Below are positions 19,207 to 27,948 of a DNA stretch of 64,000 nt, piece by piece; positions within the stretch are counted from its first letter, which is position 1; each line of letters begins with the position of its first letter. The DNA is from an uncultured delta proteobacterium (GTDB taxonomy: Bacteria; Desulfobacterota; BSN033; UBA1163): NCBI GenBank assembly GCA_963827685.1, contig CAWHBU010000005.1, positions 288,001-352,000 of the forward strand, read 5' to 3'. Position numbers and translations under genes: made by a program. A model generated the notes under the pieces. The model was not told the DNA's origin. It ran no database searches and saw only the letters and a list, made by a program, of their open reading frames with translations.

Positions 19207-19491
19207 ATGTTAGGAAGAAGACAAACTCTAAAGGTTGGGGTGATTGGAGCAGCGATGACACTTCTGGCGACTCCTGCATTTGCCAGGTCTATTGAATTGA
19301 AAGGAGCCGGCACTGCCCTCTGGATCTTCTTGATTATCGGTGCCATCATCGTTCTTCTCCAGTTGATCCCGGCACTGATCCTCTTCTTCAGCTTTATCGG
19401 TACCGCCACCACAGCAGCCATGAAGAAAGAGAAGAAGGTGGAGGAGGAAGTTACTCTTTCAGGTACTGAGCCTGTAGCCGTGAAGAAATAA
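19207..19491 (+). CDS. Small membrane protein with signal peptide
   Basis: RBS AAGGGGG; signal ...TPAFA; hydrophobic LWIFLIIGAIIVLLQLIPA. Confidence 0.7.
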   Translation: MLGRRQTLKVGVIGAAMTLLATPAFARSIELKGAGTALWIFLIIGAIIVLLQLIPALILFFSFIGTATTAAMKKEKKVEEEVTLSGTEPVAVKK

Positions 19492-19583
19492 GGGTGACAG
19501 AAGTTTATGGTTATGGTAAAAGGATTATATTTAGGCTGACAGTAAGATCTAATACCTGTCATCCTCAAAGAGAGGAGGGAGCA

Positions 19584-19805
19584 ATGAATATCAAATTAAG
19601 CGCCGCTAACATAGTGAGTATCATTATTCTTATGTGCATCCTGGCAGCCATGGTATCGATTGCCGTGATGCAGGTTGTACGGACTGTCGAGGATATAGGT
19701 CCCAAAATTTATGTTGTGGGAGGAGCCGTCGTTGTCGTCGGAGCGATCATTCCTATCATGTTAACCATCCTCGTTAAACATATGAAGAAAATGAATCAAG
19801 ATTAG
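19584..19805 (+). CDS. Small two-TM membrane protein
   Basis: RBS GAGGAGG; two hydrophobic helices. Confidence 0.65.
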   Translation: MNIKLSAANIVSIIILMCILAAMVSIAVMQVVRTVEDIGPKIYVVGGAVVVVGAIIPIMLTILVKHMKKMNQD

Positions 19806-19851
19806 GAAATCTTGTTTTGCAGTTGACAATTTGCTGTTCCCCCCGATATAT

Positions 19852-19888
19852 AAAAAGAGCAGGGAGAATTTAACCCCTGCTCTTTTTT
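19852..19888 (+). terminator. Bidirectional-type intrinsic terminator
   Basis: AAAAAGAGCAGGG / CCCTGCTCTTTTTT. Confidence 0.7.
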
Positions 19889-19891
19889 ATT

Positions 19892-20572
19892 ATGCCCGAA
19901 AATAATTTCATCGAATTGATTAACGCTACAAAGATTTATCACCAGGGCGAAAATCCGGTGGTCGCTCTGGACCACGTCAATTTAAACGTCTCAAGGAGAG
20001 AGTTTTTAGCCATCACAGGCAAAAGTGGTTGCGGAAAATCTACCTTGATTAACATCATTGGGGGGCTGGATTCTCCGGATCAGGGCCAGGTGATGATCAG
20101 CGGTGAAGACATCTCCTTGATGGATGACCGCCGGTTGACCCTTTATCGAAGAGACCGGGTCGGCATTATCTTCCAATTTTTCAATCTCCTGCCCATTCTC
20201 AACCTCGAAGAGAATATCGTCCTTCCTCACCTTCTACGAGAAGGCTCGAATCCTCCGGCCGATAAAATTGAACACCTCCTTCATCAAATGGATCTCTATG
20301 AAAGAAGGTATCATCATCCTCATGAACTTTCAGGAGGGGAGATGCAACGGGTGGCCATCTGCCGTGCCTTGATCAACGATCCCGAAATCATTCTCGCTGA
20401 TGAGCCTACAGGTAATCTCGATTCGACCTCAGGGAAACAGGTTTTGGAGATCTTGCGGCGACTACGGGAGGAGCAAGGAAAGACCATCATCCTGGTTACC
20501 CATAGCCAGGAAGGGGCAGCCATGGCTGATCGGGTCATCAAAATGAGCGATGGCAGGCTTCACACGGAATAA
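19892..20572 (+). CDS. ABC transporter ATP-binding protein (LolD/MacB type)
   Basis: GKSGCGKST, LSGGEMQR, ILADEPTGNLD and VTH motifs. Confidence 0.93.
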   Translation: MPENNFIELINATKIYHQGENPVVALDHVNLNVSRREFLAITGKSGCGKSTLINIIGGLDSPDQGQVMISGEDISLMDDRRLTLYRRDRVGIIFQFFNLLPILNLEENIVLPHLLREGSNPPADKIEHLLHQMDLYERRYHHPHELSGGEMQRVAICRALINDPEIILADEPTGNLDSTSGKQVLEILRRLREEQGKTIILVTHSQEGAAMADRVIKMSDGRLHTE

Positions 20573-20668
20573 ATCCCCCTTCAATCCCCCCGCCTACCGG
20601 CAGGCAGGCTTTTCCCAAGGGGGAAATCCTGTCCCCCTCTTTAACAAAGAGGGGCGAGGGGAGATTTC

Positions 20669-23227
20669 ATGACACTATTATACCTCCTCAAAAACATCAC
20701 CCTCCGCCACCTTCGCCACCATAAAGGAAGAACCATTCTTTCTATTATAGGGATCGCCCTTGGAGTCGCTGTCTTTATCAGCGTCCAGACGGCCATCCAC
20801 ACCGCCATCGAATCCTTCAATGCTTCCGTGGACCATGTCTCGGGGAAAGCCAATCTCCAGGTCACCTCTTTCGGAAGAGGTTTTACGGAAAAGGTTTATC
20901 TCAAGGTAAAAAAAGTTCCCGGAATCAAAGCGGCCACACCCGTCATTCAATATGTCACCAAGATGGATGAACCCATTGGAGAACCCCTCTACCTTCTTGG
21001 GATCGACGTCTTTAGTGATCGGCCTTTTAGAGAATATCAGTTTTACGAGCCCTATGACGAGGGCCTCCTTTTTTTGAAAAGCCGTAATTCAATCGCCATC
21101 ACAGAAAAATTGGCCAATCGACATGGATTGAAAAAAGGAGAAAAAATCACCCTCATCGTGGGTTCAAAAAAAGTGACTTTCGTCATCACAAACCTTTTAA
21201 GGATGGAGGGGCCGGCCAAATCATTGGAAGGAAATTTTGGCCTCATTGACATCGCCTCTGCTCAGGAAGCCCTGGAAAAGGTAGGCCTCATCGACCGAAT
21301 TGATCTAATAGTGGACAAATCCATACCTATAGAGGGGATAGAGAGAGAATTGAGAAAGGTGATCCCCGCTGGGGTCGAAGTTCGCCGGTCCGATACCCGG
21401 AGCGGGCAGATCGAAAAGATGGTTTCTGCCTTCCACCTCAATCTCACCGCCCTCAGCTTCATCTCTTTAATTGTGGGAATGTTCTTGATCTACAATGCCA
21501 TTTCGATCTCCATCATTCAGAGGAGGAGGGAGATCGGAATTCTAAGAAGCATCGGACTCACCCGCCCTCAGGTCCTCACTCTTTTCATCGGTGAGGCAGC
21601 ATGGATCGGATGTTTGGGAAGTCTGGTTGGAATAGGAGTCGGGTTAGGATTGGCAAAGCTTATGCTCTATCTGGTCTCCAGAACGATCACCGCCCTCTAT
21701 ATCCTGGTCAAGGCAGAGCATCTCATAATCTCTCCATCCGTTTTAATGGCAGGGTTTGGGATAGGAGTGTTTGCTTCCGTCCTTTCCTCGATCGGCCCTG
21801 CAAGAGAAGCCTCCAAGATTGCACCCAAGGAGGCCTTGGCGCTTGGAACCCTTGAAACAAAAATAAAAATCCGTCTCGGCCGTTTCAGTCTCATCGGCAT
21901 GGGTCTTCTCATCCTTTCACTCATCTTTGCGCTCCAGAAGCCCATCGATCATCAGCCTATCTTCGGCTTCTTGGCTGCCCTTCTCATCCTCATTGGAGTC
22001 TCCTTCCTGATCCCTTCTGTCACCACCCTCTTGAACCGTCTCCTTGCTCCGCTTCTCCACTTCCTATTCGGATCTGAAGGAAAACTGGCAAGTCGATACA
22101 TCCATGACTCCATGGCCAGAACCGTGATCACCATCGCTGCATTGATGACCGCCCTCTCCATGCTCATCAGCATCTCCATCATGATCTTGAGCTTCCGAAA
22201 GACGGTTGACCTTTGGGTGGAACAATCGATCAATGGGGATGTGTTCATCTTCCCCGGCTCCTATTCCATCACGGGTTATTCCGCTCTCCTCCCTCTTGAG
22301 GTCTCAAGGGGACTGCCTTTTCTTCCCGGAGTCAAAGCCGTGGATTCCTTCAGGGCCTTGGAGGTTGAATATCAAGGCCAGCCTGCTCTGATTGCCTCTG
22401 TGAATGGAGAGGTTTTTCTCAACATGAAGGTTATTCGTTTCACCCGAGGGAATCCTCGGACTATTCTCCGACAGTTCGCCGCTGGCCAAGCCATTCTCGT
22501 CACGGAGAGTTTCTCTCTCAGACATCAAGTCAAGGCCGGAGACCGGATTAAACTCAACACACCGCAGGGTGAAAAGGAATTTCTCATTTCGGGAGTCTTC
22601 TACGATTATTCCTCGGATTGGGGAATGGTCTTATTGGAGAAAAAACTCTTTCAATCACTGTGGAAGGATGAAACGCTTCATAGCGCTGGCATTTATTTAA
22701 AGGAAGGGTTTTCCCCTGAGAAATTTAAGGAGATCATTCGAGAGAGATATTCAAAACCTTATCGGCTCTTTGTGGTCTCCCATCGTGAATTGCGAAATGA
22801 GGTTCTGAAGATCTTTGACCAGACTTTTTCCATCACCTATGCCCTTGAATTCATCGCCATCATCGTGGCCATTCTTGGAATCATCAACTCCTTGAATGCC
22901 CTGATCATCGAAAGGCAGCGGGATATCGGGATCGTCCGGGCCGTGGGCGCATTCCGGAGGCAAATTGAGAAGACCATCCTGATCGAGGCAGGGATGATCG
23001 GTTTCTTCAGCCATATCTTCGGCCTCCTCTGTGGTTTTCTTCTCTCTATTCTTCTCATCTACGTCATCAATAAGCAATCCTTTGGATGGACCATTCAGTT
23101 CTCCATTCCGCTTTGGAGTCTTATAGAGTCCTGGTTAGTGGTGATGCTCACTTCCATCGGCGCGGGCTTCATCCCAGCCCGTCGGGCTGCAAAAATGAAT
23201 ATGGTGGAATCGTTAAGGATGGAATAA
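20669..23227 (+). CDS. FtsX/MacB-like ABC permease (tandem domains)
   Basis: Two FtsX repeats (RRREIGILRSIG; RQRDIGIVRAVG). Confidence 0.92.
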   Translation: MTLLYLLKNITLRHLRHHKGRTILSIIGIALGVAVFISVQTAIHTAIESFNASVDHVSGKANLQVTSFGRGFTEKVYLKVKKVPGIKAATPVIQYVTKMDEPIGEPLYLLGIDVFSDRPFREYQFYEPYDEGLLFLKSRNSIAITEKLANRHGLKKGEKITLIVGSKKVTFVITNLLRMEGPAKSLEGNFGLIDIASAQEALEKVGLIDRIDLIVDKSIPIEGIERELRKVIPAGVEVRRSDTRSGQIEKMVSAFHLNLTALSFISLIVGMFLIYNAISISIIQRRREIGILRSIGLTRPQVLTLFIGEAAWIGCLGSLVGIGVGLGLAKLMLYLVSRTITALYILVKAEHLIISPSVLMAGFGIGVFASVLSSIGPAREASKIAPKEALALGTLETKIKIRLGRFSLIGMGLLILSLIFALQKPIDHQPIFGFLAALLILIGVSFLIPSVTTLLNRLLAPLLHFLFGSEGKLASRYIHDSMARTVITIAALMTALSMLISISIMILSFRKTVDLWVEQSINGDVFIFPGSYSITGYSALLPLEVSRGLPFLPGVKAVDSFRALEVEYQGQPALIASVNGEVFLNMKVIRFTRGNPRTILRQFAAGQAILVTESFSLRHQVKAGDRIKLNTPQGEKEFLISGVFYDYSSDWGMVLLEKKLFQSLWKDETLHSAGIYLKEGFSPEKFKEIIRERYSKPYRLFVVSHRELRNEVLKIFDQTFSITYALEFIAIIVAILGIINSLNALIIERQRDIGIVRAVGAFRRQIEKTILIEAGMIGFFSHIFGLLCGFLLSILLIYVINKQSFGWTIQFSIPLWSLIESWLVVMLTSIGAGFIPARRAAKMNMVESLRME

Positions 23228-23297
23228 GAATAAGTTAAGAGGTAAGAGTTAAAAGGTAAGAGTTACGAGTTATGGATATGGAGTATGTGCTGTCCTC

Positions 23298-23460
23298 TGC
23301 CCTTCCTCAGCCGTAAAATTGGTGAGAAAGTCTGACGCCATTCCACCAAAGGACTTCAAAGAATTGCACCGAGAGATTTTGAAGGAAAGAAAACCCGCAG
23401 CATAACACAACGCTCACCGGGGGCCGGATTGATCGGCATCCGCTGGAAGCGTTGTTACCC
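23298..23460. repeat. ~160-bp direct repeat, copy 1 (gene remnant plus attC); copy 2 at 27342-27506
   Basis: Near-identical TGCCCTTCCTCAGCCGTAAA...CACCGGGGGCCGGATTGATCGGCATCCG...GTTA in both places. Confidence 0.9.
23400..23460 (-). other. Integron attC site
   Basis: Minus strand GGGTAAC-AACGC-TTCCAGCG...GGTGAG-CGTTGT-GTTATGC, 5 nt after the higA stop. Confidence 0.75.
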
Positions 23461-23465
23461 CGTCC

Positions 23466-23750
23466 CTATGCCGCCTTTTTGAGAGTGACATGCATGCCAG
23501 CTCTCGTCGCAAGGGTAATAATCATTTCGAGGCTAAATCTCTCCCATTTGCCTCTGATCAAGTCTGAAACCCTGGATTGACTAACGCCGAGGATCTCCGC
23601 AGCCTTGGCCTGCGTTAGCCTCTTGGCTTTGATGAATTTCCGGAGATCGGCCATAAGATCGGCACGCATCTGAAGAATTGCGGCTTCATCCGGAGAATAC
23701 CCGAGGTCAATGAATACGTTTCCAGAAGATTTAACAGCAACCTCGCTCAT
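23466..23750 (-). CDS. higA: HigA-like XRE/HTH antitoxin
   Basis: SSGNVFIDLG and TQAKAAEILGVSQSRVSDL; overlaps the toxin stop. Confidence 0.88.
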   Translation of the reverse strand: MSEVAVKSSGNVFIDLGYSPDEAAILQMRADLMADLRKFIKAKRLTQAKAAEILGVSQSRVSDLIRGKWERFSLEMIITLATRAGMHVTLKKAA

Positions 23751-24073
23751 AAATTACCTCCAATCTGCCTGTACCGCTGGCGAGCCAAATCAATATCATG
23801 CCGGCTCGTTTTTCGAGTCTTCTTTTGAAATGCGTGAAGCACATAAACCGCTTCGCGAAGCTTAGCAACATAGATTACTCGCCACTCGCCCAAGACGTGG
23901 ATACGGATTTCCTTCACGCCTGGGCCGATCACCTGCATTGGTTTCCAATCGCTTGGTTCAAGTCCGTTTTGGACCGCACGGAGTTCGAAGCCTGCGGCAC
24001 GGCGAGCTTCATCGGGAAAGTTCCGAAGATCATCGAGGCTCGATCCCACGAAGTTCAACGGCTTCATAGTCAC
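23747..24073 (-). CDS. higB: HigB/RelE-like toxin (Gp49/DUF891 type)
   Basis: PSDWKPM..IGPGVKEIRI...RVIY...VLHAFQKKT; toxin-first gene order. Confidence 0.88.
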   Translation of the reverse strand: MTMKPLNFVGSSLDDLRNFPDEARRAAGFELRAVQNGLEPSDWKPMQVIGPGVKEIRIHVLGEWRVIYVAKLREAVYVLHAFQKKTRKTSRHDIDLARQRYRQIGGNL

Positions 24074-24142
24074 CAGAATATTATATAAGTTTTTATATAT
24101 TTAGCAAGTCCAATGATTAAGGTCCTTATCGTGCGGGGTAAC

Positions 24143-25945
24143 GAGCCTGTAGAAAAAGTCGGTTTTTTAAAAACCGCTTCTTCTGCTGGATCAAAAATAG
24201 GAAATTATTTTCTGTCATCAAAAGTTTTTCCGATTCTTGGCGAAATGTTCGTCTTTTCATGATATTTTTCTTACCACAGTATCATATCACCTAATCCGAC
24301 TCCGTTCACGCAAGCTCCAGACCGTATCGATGCACTTTAAATAGATTGTGCACCGCACAGTAGAGTAACCACTGGGTGTTCACTTTTCGTTTCCCTCGAA
24401 GGGTAAATCGGTTCAACCCTAAGGTAGAGCAAATATTCCCAAATACAGGCTCTGCCGTTCCGAGTCTCCTGTCGTAGATGAGTCTGCCTTTTATCGAATC
24501 TATTTTGCGCTTCATCTTCTGGGTAAACGTCTCCGGCTTCGACTCCGCACTCCCCTGAAAGAAGTACACCTGTCTTGCCTCCGTTCTGTCCGGATGTCTC
24601 AGGCATCTCTCCCGTAGTCCGCAGATCCGACAGTCGGTCTTTCTCCCATGAAACTTGATGGCCCGCTGACCGTTGACCACCACATTCCCCCCATTGCGAT
24701 ACAGGCGCTTACCCCCAGGACAGATGCAATGAGTCTTGTCTTCGCTGATCGTAAAATCCCTGTGTGGCCTGTATAAGTCGGCCACTCCGTAGTACTCAGC
24801 CCTCTCCTTTCTGAATTGCTCTTTGTATTTGTCAACGTCCGAAAACCGCGGGTCCCGCTTCCGAAACTGCGTGTCTGCAATATAGGCATCGATCCCTTGC
24901 CCCATGACCTCCTTCATATTCGCCTCGGTATGAAACCCACTGTCCGCTGTGAGCTTTGCTTTCTCGAAGATATCCTGTTTAATGCCGACGGCCTCGAAGT
25001 TCTCCCTCGTCCCCTCGAGCATAGGAAGAAGAAGATCATGTTCCTGCGCTGCTCCAAATGCCTCCGCATGTACAACCACCTGGTGCTTTCCGTCTACCAC
25101 CGCTACCCCATCGTAACCCTGGATCACCCCGTGCGAGGTCTTCATCTTGGCGCTCTCATTGTCCGTGATGTTGCTCTTCACGGGCTTACCGCTCTTGCCA
25201 GGTTTGTCCTCGTTTTCTCGTAGCCATGCCTTTATCTTCTTTACCTTCCCCCGAAGGGTCTCCACATACTGCTCTTCTTGCTCCATCACTCCCCGGTCCG
25301 CCTCGGTAACATCCACCTCCCGATGCCGCTTGACAATCTGCCTGATCACCTTCTCCATCTTCTCTCTTTTCTTCTCCAGTTCTTTCTTCGTCCCGCTCCA
25401 TTCTTTCGAGGCGTTTGAAGGCAGCTTGCAGCCATCCACTGCAAACATCTCTTTCCCGATCAGCCCCATCTCATCGCAGATCAACAGTATCTCTAGAAAC
25501 AGATGGATGATCTCCTGGCCCGAGGTCGAAATGAAGTCTGAGATCGTCGTAAAATGCGGCTGCGTATCCGCCGAGAGCGCCATGAAGATAACATTCTCTT
25601 GACAACACTGCGCTATCTTTCGGCTCGAGGTGATTCCTCGTGAGTACACATACAGGATAATCTTTAATAGGACGGCGGGATCGTATGCCGGCGCTCCCAT
25701 CTCGTCGTTTCGGTACCGGCAATCAAAAATCGACAGGTCTATCTCGTTGTCAATGAGGTAATGAAGGCTATACTCAAACGTCCCGGGTAAGATCTGTCGG
25801 TCAAAGTGGATCGGTATGAACTTTCCCTGTGAATAATCAAACTCTTTGTATCTCGCCATCCAGTCCCTCCTAAGCGGTCTCCGCTCTCTTTGCCGCTACT
25901 GATATGGCGATTTTATCATGCTTTTAAGACTTTTTCTACAGCCTC
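24143..25945 (-). mobile_element. IS1182-family insertion sequence (1803 bp) inserted in an attC site
   Basis: TIRs GAGCCTGTAGAAAAAGTC / GACTTTTTCTACAGCCTC (17/18); AAC duplicated at 24140-24142 and 25946-25948. Confidence 0.9.
24306..25859 (-). CDS. IS1182-family DDE transposase
   Basis: GAPAYDP, SSRKI, PHFTTISDF, VDG, ADSGF and EPVFG motifs. Confidence 0.92.
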   Translation of the reverse strand: MARYKEFDYSQGKFIPIHFDRQILPGTFEYSLHYLIDNEIDLSIFDCRYRNDEMGAPAYDPAVLLKIILYVYSRGITSSRKIAQCCQENVIFMALSADTQPHFTTISDFISTSGQEIIHLFLEILLICDEMGLIGKEMFAVDGCKLPSNASKEWSGTKKELEKKREKMEKVIRQIVKRHREVDVTEADRGVMEQEEQYVETLRGKVKKIKAWLRENEDKPGKSGKPVKSNITDNESAKMKTSHGVIQGYDGVAVVDGKHQVVVHAEAFGAAQEHDLLLPMLEGTRENFEAVGIKQDIFEKAKLTADSGFHTEANMKEVMGQGIDAYIADTQFRKRDPRFSDVDKYKEQFRKERAEYYGVADLYRPHRDFTISEDKTHCICPGGKRLYRNGGNVVVNGQRAIKFHGRKTDCRICGLRERCLRHPDRTEARQVYFFQGSAESKPETFTQKMKRKIDSIKGRLIYDRRLGTAEPVFGNICSTLGLNRFTLRGKRKVNTQWLLYCAVHNLFKVHRYGLELA

Positions 25946-26006
25946 AACGCCAGCATAAGGGGCGCGGCGGCTTTTTGCTTTGTCCTTCTTTAGCGAATGG
26001 TTAGCT
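25946..26006 (-). other. attC site (remainder; its GTT end lies at 24136-24142 across the IS)
   Basis: Reconstituted minus strand CAGCTAAC-CATTC-GCTAAAG...CTTATGCTGGC-GTTACCC. Confidence 0.7.
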
Positions 26007-26007
26007 G

Positions 26008-26547
26008 TCAGTCGCTCAACCACACTCTTATAAAACGCTTCGTATTATTATCCCAATAGAAAAGGGATGCCGCGCTTTCAAACCTATAGTAAAGGATGGA
26101 GGGGGTCTTTATTGTGATCTTTGACCTCGGTTCCGTTTTTCCAACGCAGTCATTCCCAACCTCTATACAGAGATACTGGTGCGTGCCTGGTGCGAGTACT
26201 TTTAACCCCATCCCTAAGTCAACATTGGGGTACTTCGGTCCCCAATCAATTACGTCCAGGGTTACCCACCTGAAACCCCCCTTGCCATCGGACAACCATA
26301 CCAAAAGGCCTTGGCCACTGAACTTTGTGCTCTTAAACAAGAATGCCTCATCTTGCACCCCGTCACCGTTGAAATCGGCGGTGGCCCAGGCCAATTTCGT
26401 TGGTGACTTGCTCCGCTCTTGATCAGCTAATTCATTTTCAGTCGGATAGCGCCAGCCATCAGGAGGTCTGTCGGCTCCAACCGTATAATCTGGAGACCAC
26501 AGGAACAGGGCGCAGCAGACTGTGAGTGATAGAATAAATCCTTTCAT
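26008..26547 (-). CDS. Secreted hypothetical protein (cassette gene) with an FG-GAP-like motif
   Basis: Signal peptide; ADFNGDGVQD. Confidence 0.75.
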   Translation of the reverse strand: MKGFILSLTVCCALFLWSPDYTVGADRPPDGWRYPTENELADQERSKSPTKLAWATADFNGDGVQDEAFLFKSTKFSGQGLLVWLSDGKGGFRWVTLDVIDWGPKYPNVDLGMGLKVLAPGTHQYLCIEVGNDCVGKTEPRSKITIKTPSILYYRFESAASLFYWDNNTKRFIRVWLSD

Positions 26548-26561
26548 AAATGATAGCTAAC

Positions 26562-26721
26562 GAGCCTGTAGAAAAACCCCCTCACTGCGATTAAGGGATG
26601 GTTTTCTGGGGGTCTCTTGACCCCTCCTCAGCATGAGATCGTCGCATACAGAGCATCCCGAAGGGTCGTATCTTCTTCCAACTAACCGCATTCGTGCGAG
26701 ATTGACTTTCTCTACAGCCTA
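26562..26721. mobile_element. 160-bp MITE with IS1182-like ends, inserted in an attC
   Basis: TAAC|GAGCCTGTAGAAAAA...GACTTTCTCTACAGCCTA|AAC. Confidence 0.85.
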
Positions 26722-26779
26722 AACATCGCAGCTCCCCGGCCGCCAAGTTACTGGCGGTTGGGTGTAGCCGCAGGTAAGA
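26722..26779 (-). other. Degenerate attC site (GTT end at 26555-26561 across the MITE)
   Basis: Central hairpin CCGCCA-AGTTAC-TGGCGG; lies 10 nt after the stop of the upstream cassette gene. Confidence 0.55.
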
Positions 26780-26789
26780 AGAAGTTTTT

Positions 26790-27266
26790 CTAATCACGTT
26801 GCAGTGAGCGAAGAAATTTAAGGATATCACGAATTATTTCCTTAAACGTATACCTGTCAGTAGCGCTATCTACACATTCTTCCGCATGATTATTTGTAAT
26901 ATCAGTTTCTGACAGTTCGAATTTACCTTGTTCTATTTGACTCAAAAGGTCCTTGGCTTTCTCTACATCCTTTTCGTCAACCTGAATCGCAACAGGACCA
27001 ACTATTGGGTTAAACCCGGTACCTAAGCGGCCTCCTGCAAATAAGTCCTGCAACCCTTCGCCTTTAACATAATATTTGATACCTTCAGATTCGAAAAGTG
27101 ACTTGGCAAATGCAATATAAGCAGGATCGCCTGTTTCATACACAGTCACAAATCTAATAAATTCAGACTCTATTCCAGGAGGAGACTCATTAACAAGGGC
27201 CACATTGCACGTTGAACATACAGTAATTCCCTCGATATATTCAGCACCGCAATTTGGACAAAACAC
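26790..27266 (-). CDS. Zinc-ribbon plus DUF2007-like protein (cassette gene)
   Basis: CPNC...CSTC, AKSLFESEGI and VDEKDVEKAKDLL; RBS AGGAG. Confidence 0.8.
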   Translation of the reverse strand: MFCPNCGAEYIEGITVCSTCNVALVNESPPGIESEFIRFVTVYETGDPAYIAFAKSLFESEGIKYYVKGEGLQDLFAGGRLGTGFNPIVGPVAIQVDEKDVEKAKDLLSQIEQGKFELSETDITNNHAEECVDSATDRYTFKEIIRDILKFLRSLQRD

Positions 27267-27286
27267 TTATATCTCCTAATTCTAAC

Positions 27287-27356
27287 GAGCCTGTAGAAAA
27301 AACCCCTCAATACGATTGAGGGATGGTTTTCGGGGGTCGGTTGCCCTTCCTCAGCC
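27287..27356. mobile_element. Truncated copy of the IS1182-like MITE (left end only)
   Basis: CTAAC|GAGCCTGTAGAAAAAACCCCTCA...GGGATGGTTTTC, matching 26562 onward. Confidence 0.75.
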
Positions 27357-27449
27357 GTAAAGTTGGTGAGAAAGTCTGACGCCATTCCTCCAAAAGACTT
27401 TAAAGAATTGCACCAAGAGATTTTGAAGGAAAGAAAATCCGCAGCATGA

Positions 27450-27506
27450 CGCTAACGCTCACCGGGGGCCGGATTGATCGGCATCCGGTGGCGCCGCTTG
27501 TTAGCG
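27450..27506 (-). other. Integron attC site
   Basis: Minus strand CGCTAAC-AAGCG-GCGCCACCGG...CCGGTGAGC-GTTAGCG. Confidence 0.75.
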
Positions 27507-27597
27507 AATGGTTACCTATCTCCCCGTTCGCTCATTATCTTCTCTTGTCGTCCCTTTGTTCACGCAGTACGTAAATGGAGCCCTCATAGCCATAGAG

Positions 27598-27873
27598 TTA
27601 GTGAAAGAAAGCTGTAATCACAAACATAATGGCACATAACAGAAAGTTGAGGTGTGCCAGAAGAAAGAGCTTAAACCGAGCACTTAGTTTCTCATGGTTA
27701 TTTCTTAGATGCCTATAATATCGATAGACGTTTAGAGTTCCTGCGAACAATACCATTCGGAAGTCCGGTCGAGCCTTGATTTCTCTTTGCGCAAGAATTG
27801 CCGTTATTCCAAAAAAGGCCATCGTAAATACCAGATATATTCCAATCATGAAGTCCCAAGTGAGCATATCCAA
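27598..27873 (-). CDS. Small two-TM membrane protein (cassette gene)
   Basis: Two hydrophobic segments; bounded by attC-like sites. Confidence 0.65.
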   Translation of the reverse strand: MDMLTWDFMIGIYLVFTMAFFGITAILAQREIKARPDFRMVLFAGTLNVYRYYRHLRNNHEKLSARFKLFLLAHLNFLLCAIMFVITAFFH

Positions 27874-27886
27874 ATTTCTTATATCC

Positions 27887-27944
27887 CGCTAATGATCTGA
27901 ATCAGCGGGGCATATTACGCATCTGCCGAATTGTTTTGTCAGCC
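27887..27944 (-). other. Degenerate attC site
   Basis: Minus strand GGCTGAC-AAAAC-AATTCGGC...GCTGATT-CAGATC-ATTAGCG, 4 nt after the upstream stop. Confidence 0.5.
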
Positions 27945-27948
27945 ACAC

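Noticed and set aside
23298-27944. Repeats as a CRISPR array
   Set aside because: The units are imperfect palindromes separated by whole genes, with no regular spacers or cas genes; attC sites fit better.
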